DNA of 64,000 nt, from the NCBI RefSeq assembly GCF_035594765.1, contig NC_085845.1, forward strand, positions 38,248,024 through 38,312,023, in the 5' to 3' direction. Source of the DNA: Anolis carolinensis (Eukaryota). Each line of letters opens with the position of its first letter. The first letter of the stretch is position 1. The notes beneath the pieces were generated by a model. That model did no database searches. It was given only the letters and a program-made list of their open reading frames with translations, and had not been told where the DNA came from. Below, one piece after another: positions 39,111 through 51,190 of the stretch. Position numbers and translations under genes: made by a program.

Positions 39111-42100
39111 TGTCCTGATCTTAGTTTTCTAAAACCATCGAACAGAAGAGGATTCTGTGAGCAGCAGAACATTTCTGCTGGTGCAAGAAGTTATTCCTAA
39201 TCCTAAATTATTGCCAATAAATGTCTGAAGAAGGATGGCAGTACTAGCAACTATGGAAGCTCCATCATTTCTCTAGAATATCCTTTAAGGACATAGTGAA
39301 AGGGAGAATGAATTGTTCTTAGGCACATAAGTATTATTTCCAAGGTAAGCAAGTTATTTAAGCACAGTTTAAAGAAAGATAAAAATGGAGAAATCTTATT
39401 AAAAACTTTGCAATATCATTTGACGAAAGAAGCACCAGCATCCAATTTAAATGAAAGAAATGTGTGAGTAATAAATTATTAGCCAATTGGGCTGAATAAC
39501 AGTCCAATGACTGTTCCTTTCAGAATTATTTATTGAAAAGAAAAAATGGTCATATCAGATTCTCCTTTTGGACCTAATCATATTTCAGATCTAATAATAT
39601 ATTATTAGAATTTTCAGCAATTTTTTTATTCCATGATAACTTGGAATGCCAGATACCAGAAGTGATTCTGCTACAGAACAGAAAAATATTTATTTTTCCC
39701 TCTTTTCAGTTGTTTTTTTCCCCCCTTTCCATTAAGAGCAAATGAACACTACTGTCAAGGACAATCTATTTTTGTAAGCAAATTGAGATGAAGATACACA
39801 TGGATGGTTAGCACCTGTAGCACCTTCTGTGAAGCTGCAGGCCCATACATACTTACCTGGACATAAGTCCTGTTACCCTAAAGCCAGTAACAATTCCCAG
39901 CTTGAGTAGAAGTATTAACTCAATGGTGTCTATTTAGCAGTTGCTGTTATGTGCCAGTAGTGTTTGTTTGCTCTTAATGTAAATGAGAAAAAAACTGAAA
40001 AGAGAGGAAAAATATAAATCAAGTTGACTTCAACTTATTGTGAACCTCATCAGTTTCCCTTCTCAAGAATTTTAAAATCAGGACCATGGCTTTCTTGATT
40101 GAATCAAGACTTCATCACATGTGCTGCTAGAAATGGGGAAAATAGTCTTCTATCACACATGCAAGCTTTATCTCCACCCACTCCATATTGTATTTTTTAA
40201 AACAGGAAAATCTTCAAAATACCAAAACCCTGAAACCTTGAAGTACTTGAAAGGAGAAATTTTTGATCTCTCAAAAAACCAGGTTACAGCATATATTTTT
40301 TTCTAAATAAAATATTTCTAATTCTCTTTTGTTTGATTGATCACCCAATGCAAAATAACATTTTTAAAACCATTACAAATTGATCAGACCTTAAAATTTA
40401 ACATCAAGTGTGGTGCTTCAGTTCTAGTACTGAATAAGGATAGCCCCACAATGATAACGATAGCATTCTGTAAAAGTGCTAAAAGCTGTTAAAAAGATAC
40501 ATTTAACATTCAAGCAAGGAACTCATTATAAATATAATATTAAATATTAATGTTTTTATCCAATATAAAGAATGTATACATTTATCAAATTTAGTTATGT
40601 ATTTCAAATAATATTTTAAGGCACCTAGGCAAAAAACGTGCTTACAGTTCTATGATTACATGTAAGGAAGAAATGTAATTGTGAGTACTGATTGCTTAAC
40701 TTTCAATTGATAGCACAGGTAAAAAAATTAAAAGTTTAAAATAGTGACATTATGCAAACAGCGTACTGCAGAGGGAGAAAATACAGCTACATTAGAGCAG
40801 TGATAACTTTCAATTGCACCATTTCAATTTCAATTCAATTGTGAAAGACTTCGCGCAAGAACTGGAGCATTGATGCTTGGCAGAAAACCACCCATAGAAA
40901 TGGCCATTGCTCCACATCACTGAAACGAAATGACACTGGGGAATCTGACAGATCCCATCCCAAGGGTTTATGAGTGCTGCCTCTAGTTTTCAAACACTTC
41001 AGGGACTCAGAAGACTATTTCTCCCCATTTCCTCTTCTCCCCGTTTTGTGAAACTTTACCCTTCAAGGACAAAACACTACAGATGACACACAAAAATCAA
41101 GAAACATCATCTGATGGGCTATGTGGCACTTCATTATTGAAATTGATTAGAAGTGTGTAGAAATGGGAAGGGAATTGTATCTGATGAGGTTTTCAGTCTA
41201 CCACTAGTGCTGCTTCCCTTTTTTCCTACTGTTTTCACTTTGTCAACCATAATTGTCTTTCCAGGTAAGTCATTGATACAAGGATTGTATTCTAGATTGT
41301 ACTCCAGGAGGATTTCAGGGATTATACCTAGTCAGATTTTCTTCTGAGTAAATTTGGAATATTGTAAATTTTTCTATGAATGAGGATTTTCATACATCCA
41401 GCAAAGACATCATCATCAGATATTACCTTGCAGACTTAATTAAGAAACTCACATGAACTGTTCATATTATAACTTTATTCCTTTTTTGTTTATACATTTA
41501 TATTTCATTGAATATTTTGCATAGTTTTAAACTGTATTGTTATAAAATAGGTTGTTACTCACTTTGAGATTTATCACTGAGAGAAAGACAGGATAATAAT
41601 AATAGTAATAACATTAGACATAAATACTCTAATAATGTTGAGACCTTAGTTTTTGGAAAATTGCCCATGGTTTTTCTGATACTGTGGCCATAATTCTGGG
41701 AGCAGCAATTTTGCAAAGTATCTTTTCCAAAGTATGTTAAAGTATTGGATTCAGTATGGAGATGTGTATGCTCTGTAACATTGCTGAAGAATGTTGTGTT
41801 TATAAACAGAACTGAAAATCTAAGCAAAGAGTTTGCAGAAAGAATATTATTGCAGTACAGTGCAGCTGCTAAAACAGATGTCTCCTTGAACCTTATTACA
41901 AATCCAACATTTGTTAGAAACTCCATCCTTTCCCACCATTGGAAATTATGATTTAGAATAATTTCCCGCATTTTGGCATTTGTTTCTTGACCACTTAACA
42001 CTGAATATTTAGGCTAATGTACTGAAATAAGACCAATGATCCATTTTCATTCACTTTAATTGGGTACAATTAGACTTAGGTACATGCGTTATTACTGAAC

Positions 42101-42505
42101 AAAGTCTCTAAAATACTCTTGTGAGTTTTTTTTTGTCATTTTGAAGCCTCATTAGGAAACTATTAATTTTATTGTCTTTCCTTTCATTCTCTTTTATAGA
42201 ACTTCCAGACTAGATACAATCAAGACTTTAATTTAACAAAAGAGCATTCCAAAAGTAAGACATGAAAACTCCCTATTGAGAGAGGCATCTAGGAAATTGC
42301 TGATAATGAGCAACAATTCAGTAGCTTTTTCTGTGGAAGGATGCCCTCTAAAAAGGCAAAGGATTAGATTTAAATACAATATAGTGATCAGAGGAAACAA
42401 TTTTTAAAATGTTAAATCTTAAAATGTGTCCTTAAAAATTAGATCAATTCTAATAAAATAAAATAAAATATTTTTTCCACACACAGATACAATGCTAAGC
42501 AATTA

Positions 42506-42726
42506 CAGCTGGCTTTCCATATCTACGGATTCTGCATCCATGGATTCAACCACCCATGGCATGAGAATATTTCTATTAAAATTTCAAAAAGCAAACCTTG
42601 ATTTTGGCATTTTATATAATAAGGGACACCATTTTATTACACCACTGTATGTATTAAGACTTGAGCATCTATGGAAGCCACAAGTGGCCCTGGAACTCAA
42701 TCCCAGGAAATACCAAGGCCCTGCTG
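42506..42726. mobile_element. Tigger-like MITE
   Basis: TA|CAGCTGGCTTTCCATATC...AATACCAAGGCCCTGCTG|TA. Confidence 0.75.
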
Positions 42727-43316
42727 TATTTATTCATTTGATGTTCAGATCAGAGTGAACCACATTATTAAGAAAGAGTGTAAGGAACAAGGCAGTGTTT
42801 CCAGATGGTAGTGACACTTCTTTTCTGGAATGCCCTTTGCCTATTGTGTCATCAAATTCTTTTGTTGTTGACTTGAAAAAAGAATTGGATAATGTAAACT
42901 AATTGTTGGAAAATGAGAAAATTAAATCATCAGAATAGTATTAGAAAAGTGGAGACGGGTGGTTATGTTTGCAGTGATTTTATCTAGAACCACAGATAAG
43001 AAGATTCGTAACCAGTGAGCTTCTGCTAAACCAGATCAGCCAGGACAGAGAACAAAGCACTTTGGATTGAAGGCAAGATACTGAGGTTTATTGCAGTTTG
43101 GCCAAAAGAGATGCAAGAACCGAGTCACCACTCAAAATCCCAATTGCTGCCTGGCCGCTTACATCATGATATAACTTCACTGCTACCAACCTAATTGTAT
43201 TGGTCTACAACCACACCATTCACTCTTCCCTGACCCACTGGCCCACCAACCACCAGAGTCAGTTCATAGAGCCACTCAAAAATGAAGGGAAACTCCGACT
43301 TGAGTGATGGCTATTA

Positions 43317-43881
43317 TGTAGACAGGCCCCCTTCCTATATTGATGCACAGAAAGACACACTGAATTCTTGTGGTGAAATTAAAACAGATTTGTGAAGTTT
43401 ATTTGATCTAGAACAAGAAGGTTGCTCAGATAATAGGAGAGGTTTAGATGCATAATGGTTTCAGAAGATTATCAAGCTGTTTCCTTATAAGAAAATGGTT
43501 CCTTGTCTTCCATAGAACTGTCTTCACTCACAGAACTAATTGGGCTTTTCAAAACCCTTCAGTCCTCCCTACCTGACGCTCCTAAAATCAGCCCTTTGTC
43601 CCTTAGAGGCTCTCTAAAGATGTAGCACTTCTCTCCCGAAGGCTATTTTTAATCACCCCCCAACAGAGGTTCTTTTTCTCCGAGCTCCCAACACCTCCTT
43701 TTCCTCCTCAGACTCCACTCTCTCAATCCCTCTCTCTCCCTGGTGCCCCCTGCCTTCTGTAGCTAGGCAACACTCTAACTCCCCCACCAATCAGGCACCA
43801 CTACCAATAAGGAGCGGGCTCTTCCCTCCTCCTTTTGCTTGGATTGGGCCTTTTCTCCCAGGGCCTAGAACTTTTCCTACA
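43317..43881 (-). mobile_element. Solo LTR (ERV-like), apparently nested in further LTR-like sequence (~42990-44260)
   Basis: TGTAG...CTACA ends, minus-strand AATAAA at ~43399 and CCAAT boxes at 43787-43810. The TSD is not convincing. Confidence 0.5.
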
Positions 43882-46431
43882 CACTGGCCTGGCAAGGTAG
43901 GCCCTTTCAGTTACACATACCTTCGCAGTGAAATTCAAGACATTTTATACACTTTGACAGCTATTCAGACAGCCTGCACCTCCTCCTGATTGGTTGAGAA
44001 GTGGGCCAGCTAGGGTCCATGCAGAGATTAGCCAGGGGTTTCCCTGGCATCACAGGAGGGGGGGGGGGATCCCCATTGTGAGAAGAAGAACAGCTGATAA
44101 TTGGATAGGTCAAAGGTCCAGTTCGTTGCAGAAATGCCCCCGTAGTGGGTGCATAATGGAAGAGGATGATTACATGGGTATGCAGATGATTCCTTGATTG
44201 ATTTAAATGCCCAGTTCTAATAAGAGAAAGGTGCAAGACTCAGAAAACAAAAGGTGATAATATTGGGTAACCACAGGCTTGGCTGCCCTTTCAGAAGGCT
44301 AATGTATTATCTTGTTTTAGCCTTTATTTCCATGGGAACGATCAACCTCCAGTCACATTTAAACATTTAAACAATGTAGACATAACCTTGGGGATTAAGG
44401 GATTATCTATCTCACATATATGCATGAAGAAACTGATATTATCTAGTTCAGGAAATCCCTGGTAGGACCTTTTGATGGCTGAGCAATCTCTGTTCCCAGA
44501 AACCTATGAAAACAGGGGGCACTGGGGAAATAGGTGCCTTCACAGTACATTTGATACAGTATTATAAACTTAAGAATTGATACAGGAAAAAATTAATACA
44601 AGTTACATAGAAAACATTCTTTAGTATATTTATTAAAGGGTTCAGATTTAATACAGTTTGGGATACTGTTGCTGCTGTGTCTACCAGAGCCTCCAGCAGC
44701 TTTGGTACAGCAGAACTTTGAAAGAGCAGGATAAGTTTGAAAAATAAAGGAAAAATCATATGTCTTGCTCAAAGTCTTCTTAATGTACAAATTAATTGGG
44801 GGGGAGTGCTGTGGCTAGAAAACATGTTCATCTGGTGCTTCCTTCTTGTCTATATGATGCTTCTCCTCTTCAAATAGACTGGTATGATCAGAGATTATTT
44901 CACTATCTTAGTCCACTTCCATTTCTTTTTCTATCTTAGATGGAGTTCCTGTAATGCAGCTTTTCTCTTTCTCACCCTTGTATCTCAAACTTTCTGTTAT
45001 GAACATGAGTTGATCCTTTTTGTTTCTGTTATTTCAGAAGTTATTTGTGTGTTTAAATGGTTTCATTATGATTTTATATTTTATAATTGTTACCTGCATC
45101 ACGAATCCTTAAGATTAAGGGACAAATAATTATTTAAATGGAATTATGAAAGAATGATTACAATTTCAGATATTTTTGGAACTGGGAGTATTTTAGACTA
45201 AGGGCTTATTTTGGAAATGGTAGCAGGCAGGGTTTTTTTCCTGCCATCTGCCATGATAAAACTCCATTTCACACAGTATGTTTTTAATTGATATGTTATG
45301 GGGAGTAAAGTAGAAGGACAGCTGACAGTTGGCAAAATAAAGTTAAAGGGGAAAATGCAGGGGGGGCAGCGGCACTGGTAACAAAAATTAGGACTCAAAT
45401 AGGTGCAAAAACGTGACCTCCCAAGATGTTATCTTAATTTTAGACCTAGCATCATTCACTATTAAAATATGCAGCAGAAAGCCGATTGATGTTTTGCTTC
45501 AATACTAAAACACAACATTTGCGAGAGCATTAGAACTGAAAACTCAAGTTTCCAATTTTTGGGTGTATAACCACAAAGGCACAGTTTGGTTGTTTAGAGA
45601 AAGTGAATACCTGTCTCATTTTTAATGACCACTTCGGGCATGATCTGATAAATCCACATCATGCACTGGAGAATTGCCTGCCTATGATATTTATTCATTG
45701 CAACTTGCATGTGATCTATCATTCCCGCTTTAAAAAACAATGCTTAGAATTTCATATCTTTATCCTGAAATGAGGTATGAATCTGTCCCTGATGAAAGAG
45801 AAGAGAATGAAACACAAGAGAAACTGAATGAAAATATGCAAAAAGCTATAATGGATCAGAATAGAGATCCTCCCACTCCAGTATCGTATTCATTAGTACC
45901 TCTGTCAGAATGTTCAAGTGTGTTTATAATAGCATGCAATGCTAACTACATTTGCCATTATTTGAATTTCATACCTGAGTAGTCAGTACAGTAGAAGACA
46001 TTTAAAACAATGAGCTTGATAAGTGTTTTGGTAACATACTCTGCTGACAACATAGTGCATTATCTTTCACTTTGTTTGCCAGCACCTGCACTTGTCTCTT
46101 TAACAGCCTTAAACATATTAAAAATTCTTAGCATTGCAGCTTGTTCTGCTCCTACGTTTTTCTACAGGGGAAAATGCAATGTTGCTTTATCACAGATGTG
46201 TAATTGAAGCACAGGAGCAGAACATAATCATTCTCATGTATTATCTTGCTGCATTGCAACTATTGAAGAGACAGATGCTGTTTCCATGTTAGAAACTTTC
46301 ACAACCCATTTTCTACTGATCAAGGAAATAGGGTTTTATAAAGCAATGCCTATATTGGTTCTTTTTGGGACAGTGATAGTTATGATTTCTGATAGATGGA
46401 TTATATTGCTATATTTTGTTTGGTTGTTGTT

Positions 46432-46820
46432 GTTATATTCATATATTTATTTATACCCTGCTTTATCTCCCCAAAGGGGACTCAAAGTAGCTTCACATAA
46501 AAACTTTAGTATACAATTTTAAATAAATACATATGTGTTTAGAATTCAACACAAACAGTACTAAAATACCACTGTTTAAATCTATCAAAACAGTTAAAAA
46601 ACACCCCCTGACATGATCTTAAAAACCTTCTTCTTTAAAAGCCTGCCTGAATAAAAAAGCTTTAGCCTGCCACCTGAAGGACAGCAGGGAGGGGGGCATT
46701 CTGGCTTCCCTGAGCAGGAAGTTCCAGAATTGAAGAGCAGCCATCAAAAATGTCTCCTCTCTTGTTCCCACCAACTGGGCTTGAGATGGAGGTGGGACCG
46801 AGAGAAGGGCCTCTCCCCTT
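46432..46820 (-). mobile_element. L2 3' fragment
   Basis: L2 tail ATACCCTGCTTTATCTCCCCAAAGGGGACTCAAAG plus an ORF2 C-terminal remnant. Confidence 0.8.
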
Positions 46821-47519
46821 GATGAAATAATCCTTCGCTTTACTCAATTTTGCAAAATCTCCATGCATAGATTCACATTTTATTTATTCTATTTTAATTT
46901 TGTCTCCAACTTCAGCACCTATGTAGTGAACACTGCAGCTAGCTATTTTTTACCCTTGTGTATCAGCCCTGATTCCTTCTGCATTCTCCTATCTTATTTA
47001 TAGATGAAAGTTTTCCTAACATACTATAGCACAGTTAAAGTGATTGGGAATTCCTAGTGGTCCTCAGGCAAGTGGTATGTGATATGATGTAGGATGGTGG
47101 AATGAAGTGGGGTCACCATAGGGGAAATCAAAGAGTTGTGCAATATGAAACCATCTAATTTAAGTTGACATGAAATATTCACTTTTGCAAAGTTTGAGGT
47201 GTGATGTTCAGTGAGTGGTCCCTAATCTGCTCAAACAGTTGGAGCACCTCTATCTTATGAACAAAAGGCTCCTCCTCTTGTTGAGAGGCAGGCATGAGGC
47301 AAGACAGGTCTCCATGTCATAAGATACTTTATTGCCAATTATGAGCATATTGATTTGGAATTGCTCCTTTACCACACTATTTCATCATTGGCCATGTCTT
47401 CATGTTTATTCTAGGACTTCATTTTCAAGAGCATCCCTACTTAGGAATAATGAAGCAAGGTAAACCATTTCAATTAGATGGTGCTTGCAAAACTCTCATG
47501 TGGAATTCTGTTTGTAGCA

Positions 47520-47934
47520 TTTTATTTAATGATCTCAACTGGCTCAGGTCCAGACTATTTGACCAACTACATCTTGTACGAACCTAGCCAGGCCCTGAGA
47601 TTTTCAGGAAAGGCCTTTCTCTTGGTCCCACCTTCCTTTCAAGTTCAATTGATGGGAATGAGAGAGAGGACCTTCTCAGTGGCTGCCCCTCAACTCTGGA
47701 ACTCCTTGCCCAGGGAAGCCATAATTGCTCCCTCTCTGCAGGTTAAACCCTTTTTATTCAGGCAAGAAGGTTTTTAAGATCGTCAGGGTCTGCTGTGATT
47801 TTATATGCTTCTAATGATGTTTAACACTGTTTTAATACTTTTATATTTGTATATTTTAAGTTGGATTGCAATACTTTTAGTTGTGAGCTGCTTTGAGTCT
47901 CTGTATGGAGAAAAAAGTGAGGTATAAAGAAACA

Positions 47935-47972
<38 letters not shown>

Positions 47973-47980
47973 ATAATAAT
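47520..47980 (+). mobile_element. L2 3' fragment ending in (TAG)n(TAA)n
   Basis: Encodes RERTFSVAAPQLWNSLP and ends in the tail GTGAGCTGCTTTGAGTCTC...GGTATAAA. Confidence 0.85.
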
Positions 47981-48430
47981 GACAAAGTTCTGGAACACAA
48001 CACACCAGACATCACAGTTGTGGAAAAGAAAAAGGTTTGGATCATTGATGTTGCCATCCCAGGTGACAGTCGCATTGACAAAAAACAACAGGAAAAACTC
48101 AGCCGCTATCAGGACCTCAAGATTGAACTTCAAAGACTCTGGCAGAAACCAGTGCAGGTGGTCCCGGTCAGAGCCGGCCCAAGGTATTTTTCAAGTGTAG
48201 GCGAACAGAATTTTGGTGCCCCCTCCCCAAACCAATCACTGAAAAATAAAAGCGTTGGATAAGTAAAAATGTTGGATAATAAGGATTAAGGAAAAGCCTA
48301 TTAAACATCAAATTACAATATGATTTTACAAATTAAGCACCAAATCATGTTTTATAACAAATCAACAGAAAAAGCAGTTCAATACATGGTAATGTTATGT
48401 AGAAATTATTATATTTGCGAATTTAGCACC

Positions 48431-48811
48431 ATAGAATCATAGAATAGTAAGTTGGAAGAGACCTCATGGGCCATCCAGTCCAAGCCGCTGCCAAGAAGCA
48501 GGAAATCACATTCAAAGCACCCCCGACAGATGGCCATCCAGCCTCTGCTTAAAAGCCTCCAAATAAGGAGCCTCCACCACATTCCAGGGCAGAGAGTTCC
48601 ACTGCCGAACATCTCTCACAGTGAGGAAGTTCTTCCTGATGTTCAGGTGGAATCTCCTTTCCTGTAGTTTGAAGCCATTGTTCCGCGTCCTAGTCTGCAG
48701 GGCAGCAGAAAACAGGCTTGTTCCCTCCTCCCTATGATTTCCCCTCACATATTTGTACATGGCCATCATGTCTCCTCTCAGCCTTCTCTTCTGCAGGCTA
48801 AACATGCCCAG
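48431..48811 (-). mobile_element. CR1 3' fragment inside the composite element
   Basis: ORF MFSLQKRRLRGDM...WNSLP and an ATTCTATG tail. Same family as 55732-56750. Confidence 0.92.
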
Positions 48812-48964
48812 TTCTGTAAGCCTTGGATGCTTTCCAGCTTGTCAACCCAGTTCAAAGCAGATATTGTGGGTTATTCTGCTTTGACATTCTGGGTTATATG
48901 GCTGTGTGGAAGAGCCTTAAAGTCCTTATGAATCCATAGGAATTAAAAGGCCACTGAAAGGGAA

Positions 48965-49583
48965 TATGGCCCCTGGTATTAAAAAAAACTCTAAAATCAG
49001 GACAGTAAATAAAGAACACTCTCAAAACAAGGGAATTCCAGACAGGAAACAATCAGGGCCAGTTAACACCACCCAAGAAAGGATTCCCCCAGGCAGGAAT
49101 CAGTCAGGCTTCGTAAGGTCTGGTTGCTTATTGCTCGGGCATCCTCTACAGAAACGAGCAAACCATGAAAATGAACAAAATCTGGCTACCAGTATTTCAA
49201 AAAGCTCTATAATCAGGACAGTAAATTGAGAGAAACACTAAAAAAGGGAATTCCAGACAGGAAATAATCAGGGCCAGCCAACAAGATTCTGCCAGGCAGG
49301 AAGCAGCCAGGCTTTGAAGCTGCAAGGCTATTTGATGCTAATCAAGTTGGCCAATTGCAACATTCACACTTGTCTCAGACAAGAGTTCTTTCTCCCACCC
49401 TGGACTTTCCACAGACATAAAAACCTCACTGTCCTAGTATCCAATATGCCTCACAACCTCTGAGGATGCCTGCCATAGATGCAGGCGAAACATCAGGAGA
49501 GAATGCTTGTGGAACATGGCCATACCACCCAGAAAAATCACAGCAACCTAGTGATTCCAGCCATGAAAGCCTTGACAACACAT
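48965..49583 (+). mobile_element. Penelope 3'/pLTR sequence, partially tandem, inside the composite element
   Basis: AATCAGGACAGTAAAT...GGAATTCCAGACAGGAAA occurs twice. The pLTR end is CCATGAAAGCCTTGACAAC. Confidence 0.8.
49457..49497 (+). ncRNA. Minimal type I hammerhead ribozyme motif in a Penelope pLTR
   Basis: CCU-CUGAGGA-U-GCCUGC(CAUAGAU)GCAGGC-GAAA-CAUC-AGG. The CUGANGA and GAAA boxes, a 6-bp stem II and a 3-bp stem I are present. Confidence 0.7.
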
Positions 49584-49597
49584 AGAACCAAAACTGT

Positions 49598-49900
49598 TAG
49601 GCCCCATCTACATTGTGAAATAAAATCCAGATAATCTGCTTTGAAAGAAGATTTTATGGCAGTGTAGTCTCAGGTCCCTTTTACACTGTCACATAATCCT
49701 GATTATCAAAGCAGGCACCAATCCACATTATTTTCTTTAAACTGGATTATATGAGTCTACACTGTCATAAAATCAAGTTCAAGGCAGATAATTTGGATTT
49801 TATAGGGTATTGTTGAAGGGGCATCATATAATGCAGTTCAAAGCAGATAATCTGGATTATCAGATCTGTTAATCTGTATTATATGGCAGTGTAGAAGTGG
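49598..49900. mobile_element. Clustered or rearranged Harbinger-like MITE sequences
   Basis: Repeated TACACTG.CA.ATAATCC / GGATT.TATGGCAGTGTAG mirror motifs. Confidence 0.65.
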
Positions 49901-50059
49901 AGTTGGTGGAGTTCAGTACGCTCTTTGATTGTAGGTGAACTATAAATCTCAGCAACTACAACTCCCAAATGACAAATCAATCTCCACCCAACCCAGAAAG
50001 AAGGGGGTTGGACTGCATGGCCTTTAGAGGTCCCTTCCCACTCTATATGATCCTATGAA

Positions 50060-50787
50060 CATTGTTTACAAACTGCATCCAATGACAGATTCCCTTACTT
50101 CTTTCTCCTGAGCCCCATTTCGGTGGTAAGGCAATAGAGATAGCATTGCAGCTCAAAGAGAGCCCAGCTTCCTATCCATGCAGCCAGGAGGGAAAGCAAC
50201 AAAACGCAGCCTGTCCCTTTAAGAGGGACCGCGTTTCTCTCCAGTCCGAAGCGCAATGCCTCCTGGGAAGCCGAGTGCCGGTGTCTCCTCCCACTTGCTT
50301 CCTCTGCTTTACTTGAGAAGGCCAAGAACTGCATTTCCCAGCATGCAAAGTAAGGTAAACTGGGCGCTGCGGCCTTAAAGGGCCAGCACAGGCAGAAGCG
50401 GCTCCAAAGCTCAGCAAGGAGGTAATGCTTTGCCAAAATGTGGTTCCTGTTTTGGAATGGTGGTGTCTTTGGTGGGGAGGAGACAGCCCTCAGGTGCAGG
50501 CCAGGATCACTTCCTTGGCGTGCGCCTTGGCGGCTTGGGCTCCTGCCTCCTTCACTCCAGGACGCAAAGGCTTGGCTCGGCTTGGCTTGGCTGGCTCTGG
50601 TTGCCGGTGCCCGATGCTGGTCTGTCTTGGCTTCGGAATCCCTCCCCCCAGCCCCCTACAGCCCCTTCTCGCCGCCCCTCTGCCGATGCCTCCTTCCCTT
50701 TCCCCTGCCCAACGGAGCCAGAGGCTTCTTTGTGCACAGGAGGGAGCCTCGCGGCAGCCTCTCCTCCCTTCCCTCCCTAGGACTCCC

Positions 50788-50836
<49 letters not shown>

Positions 50837-51190
50837 AGGAGAAAGGGAAGGGTGGGGGGATGCCTGGAGCCTCAGCCCTCCCTTTCCGCGGATCCTGCAT
50901 CAACTCACTTACAATCAGGCCACATGTTCCCTGAGCCCCCCCCCCCCCCAAGAAGCGGGAGGGAGCATCACGAGCCGAAAGCCTGGAGGGAGAGGCTCAG
51001 GGTCCCTAGGTCCCTGAGGCAAGGGAAGAGAGGCAGCCTGGAGGAGGAGGTGAAGAAGGGGCGCCTGGGATGCAGGGCCCAGAGCGGGAGGAAGAGAAGA
51101 GGAGAGCGAAGGGCATGAGGCCGGGGGAGAAGAGCTGAGCAAAACGGAGGCGTGCGAGCAACCCTGGGAGGAGGAGGCACGGGGGAGCGT
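50060..51190. promoter_or_regulatory. CpG-rich, promoter / first-exon-like segment captured in the hAT element
   Basis: The only strongly GC/CpG-rich tract in the window. It has a ZNF143-like motif AACTGCATTTCCCAGCATGC (50327-50346), a (GA)n tract (50790-50833) and G/C runs. Confidence 0.45.

Noticed and set aside
39849-39860. ATACTTACCTGG, matching the U1 snRNA 5' end
   Set aside because: Only 12 nt match and the downstream sequence is not U1. It is more likely an old repeat remnant.
41555-42001. 148-aa ORF on the minus strand
   Set aside because: AT-rich with a non-ATG start, no motif and no splice context. Likely a chance ORF.
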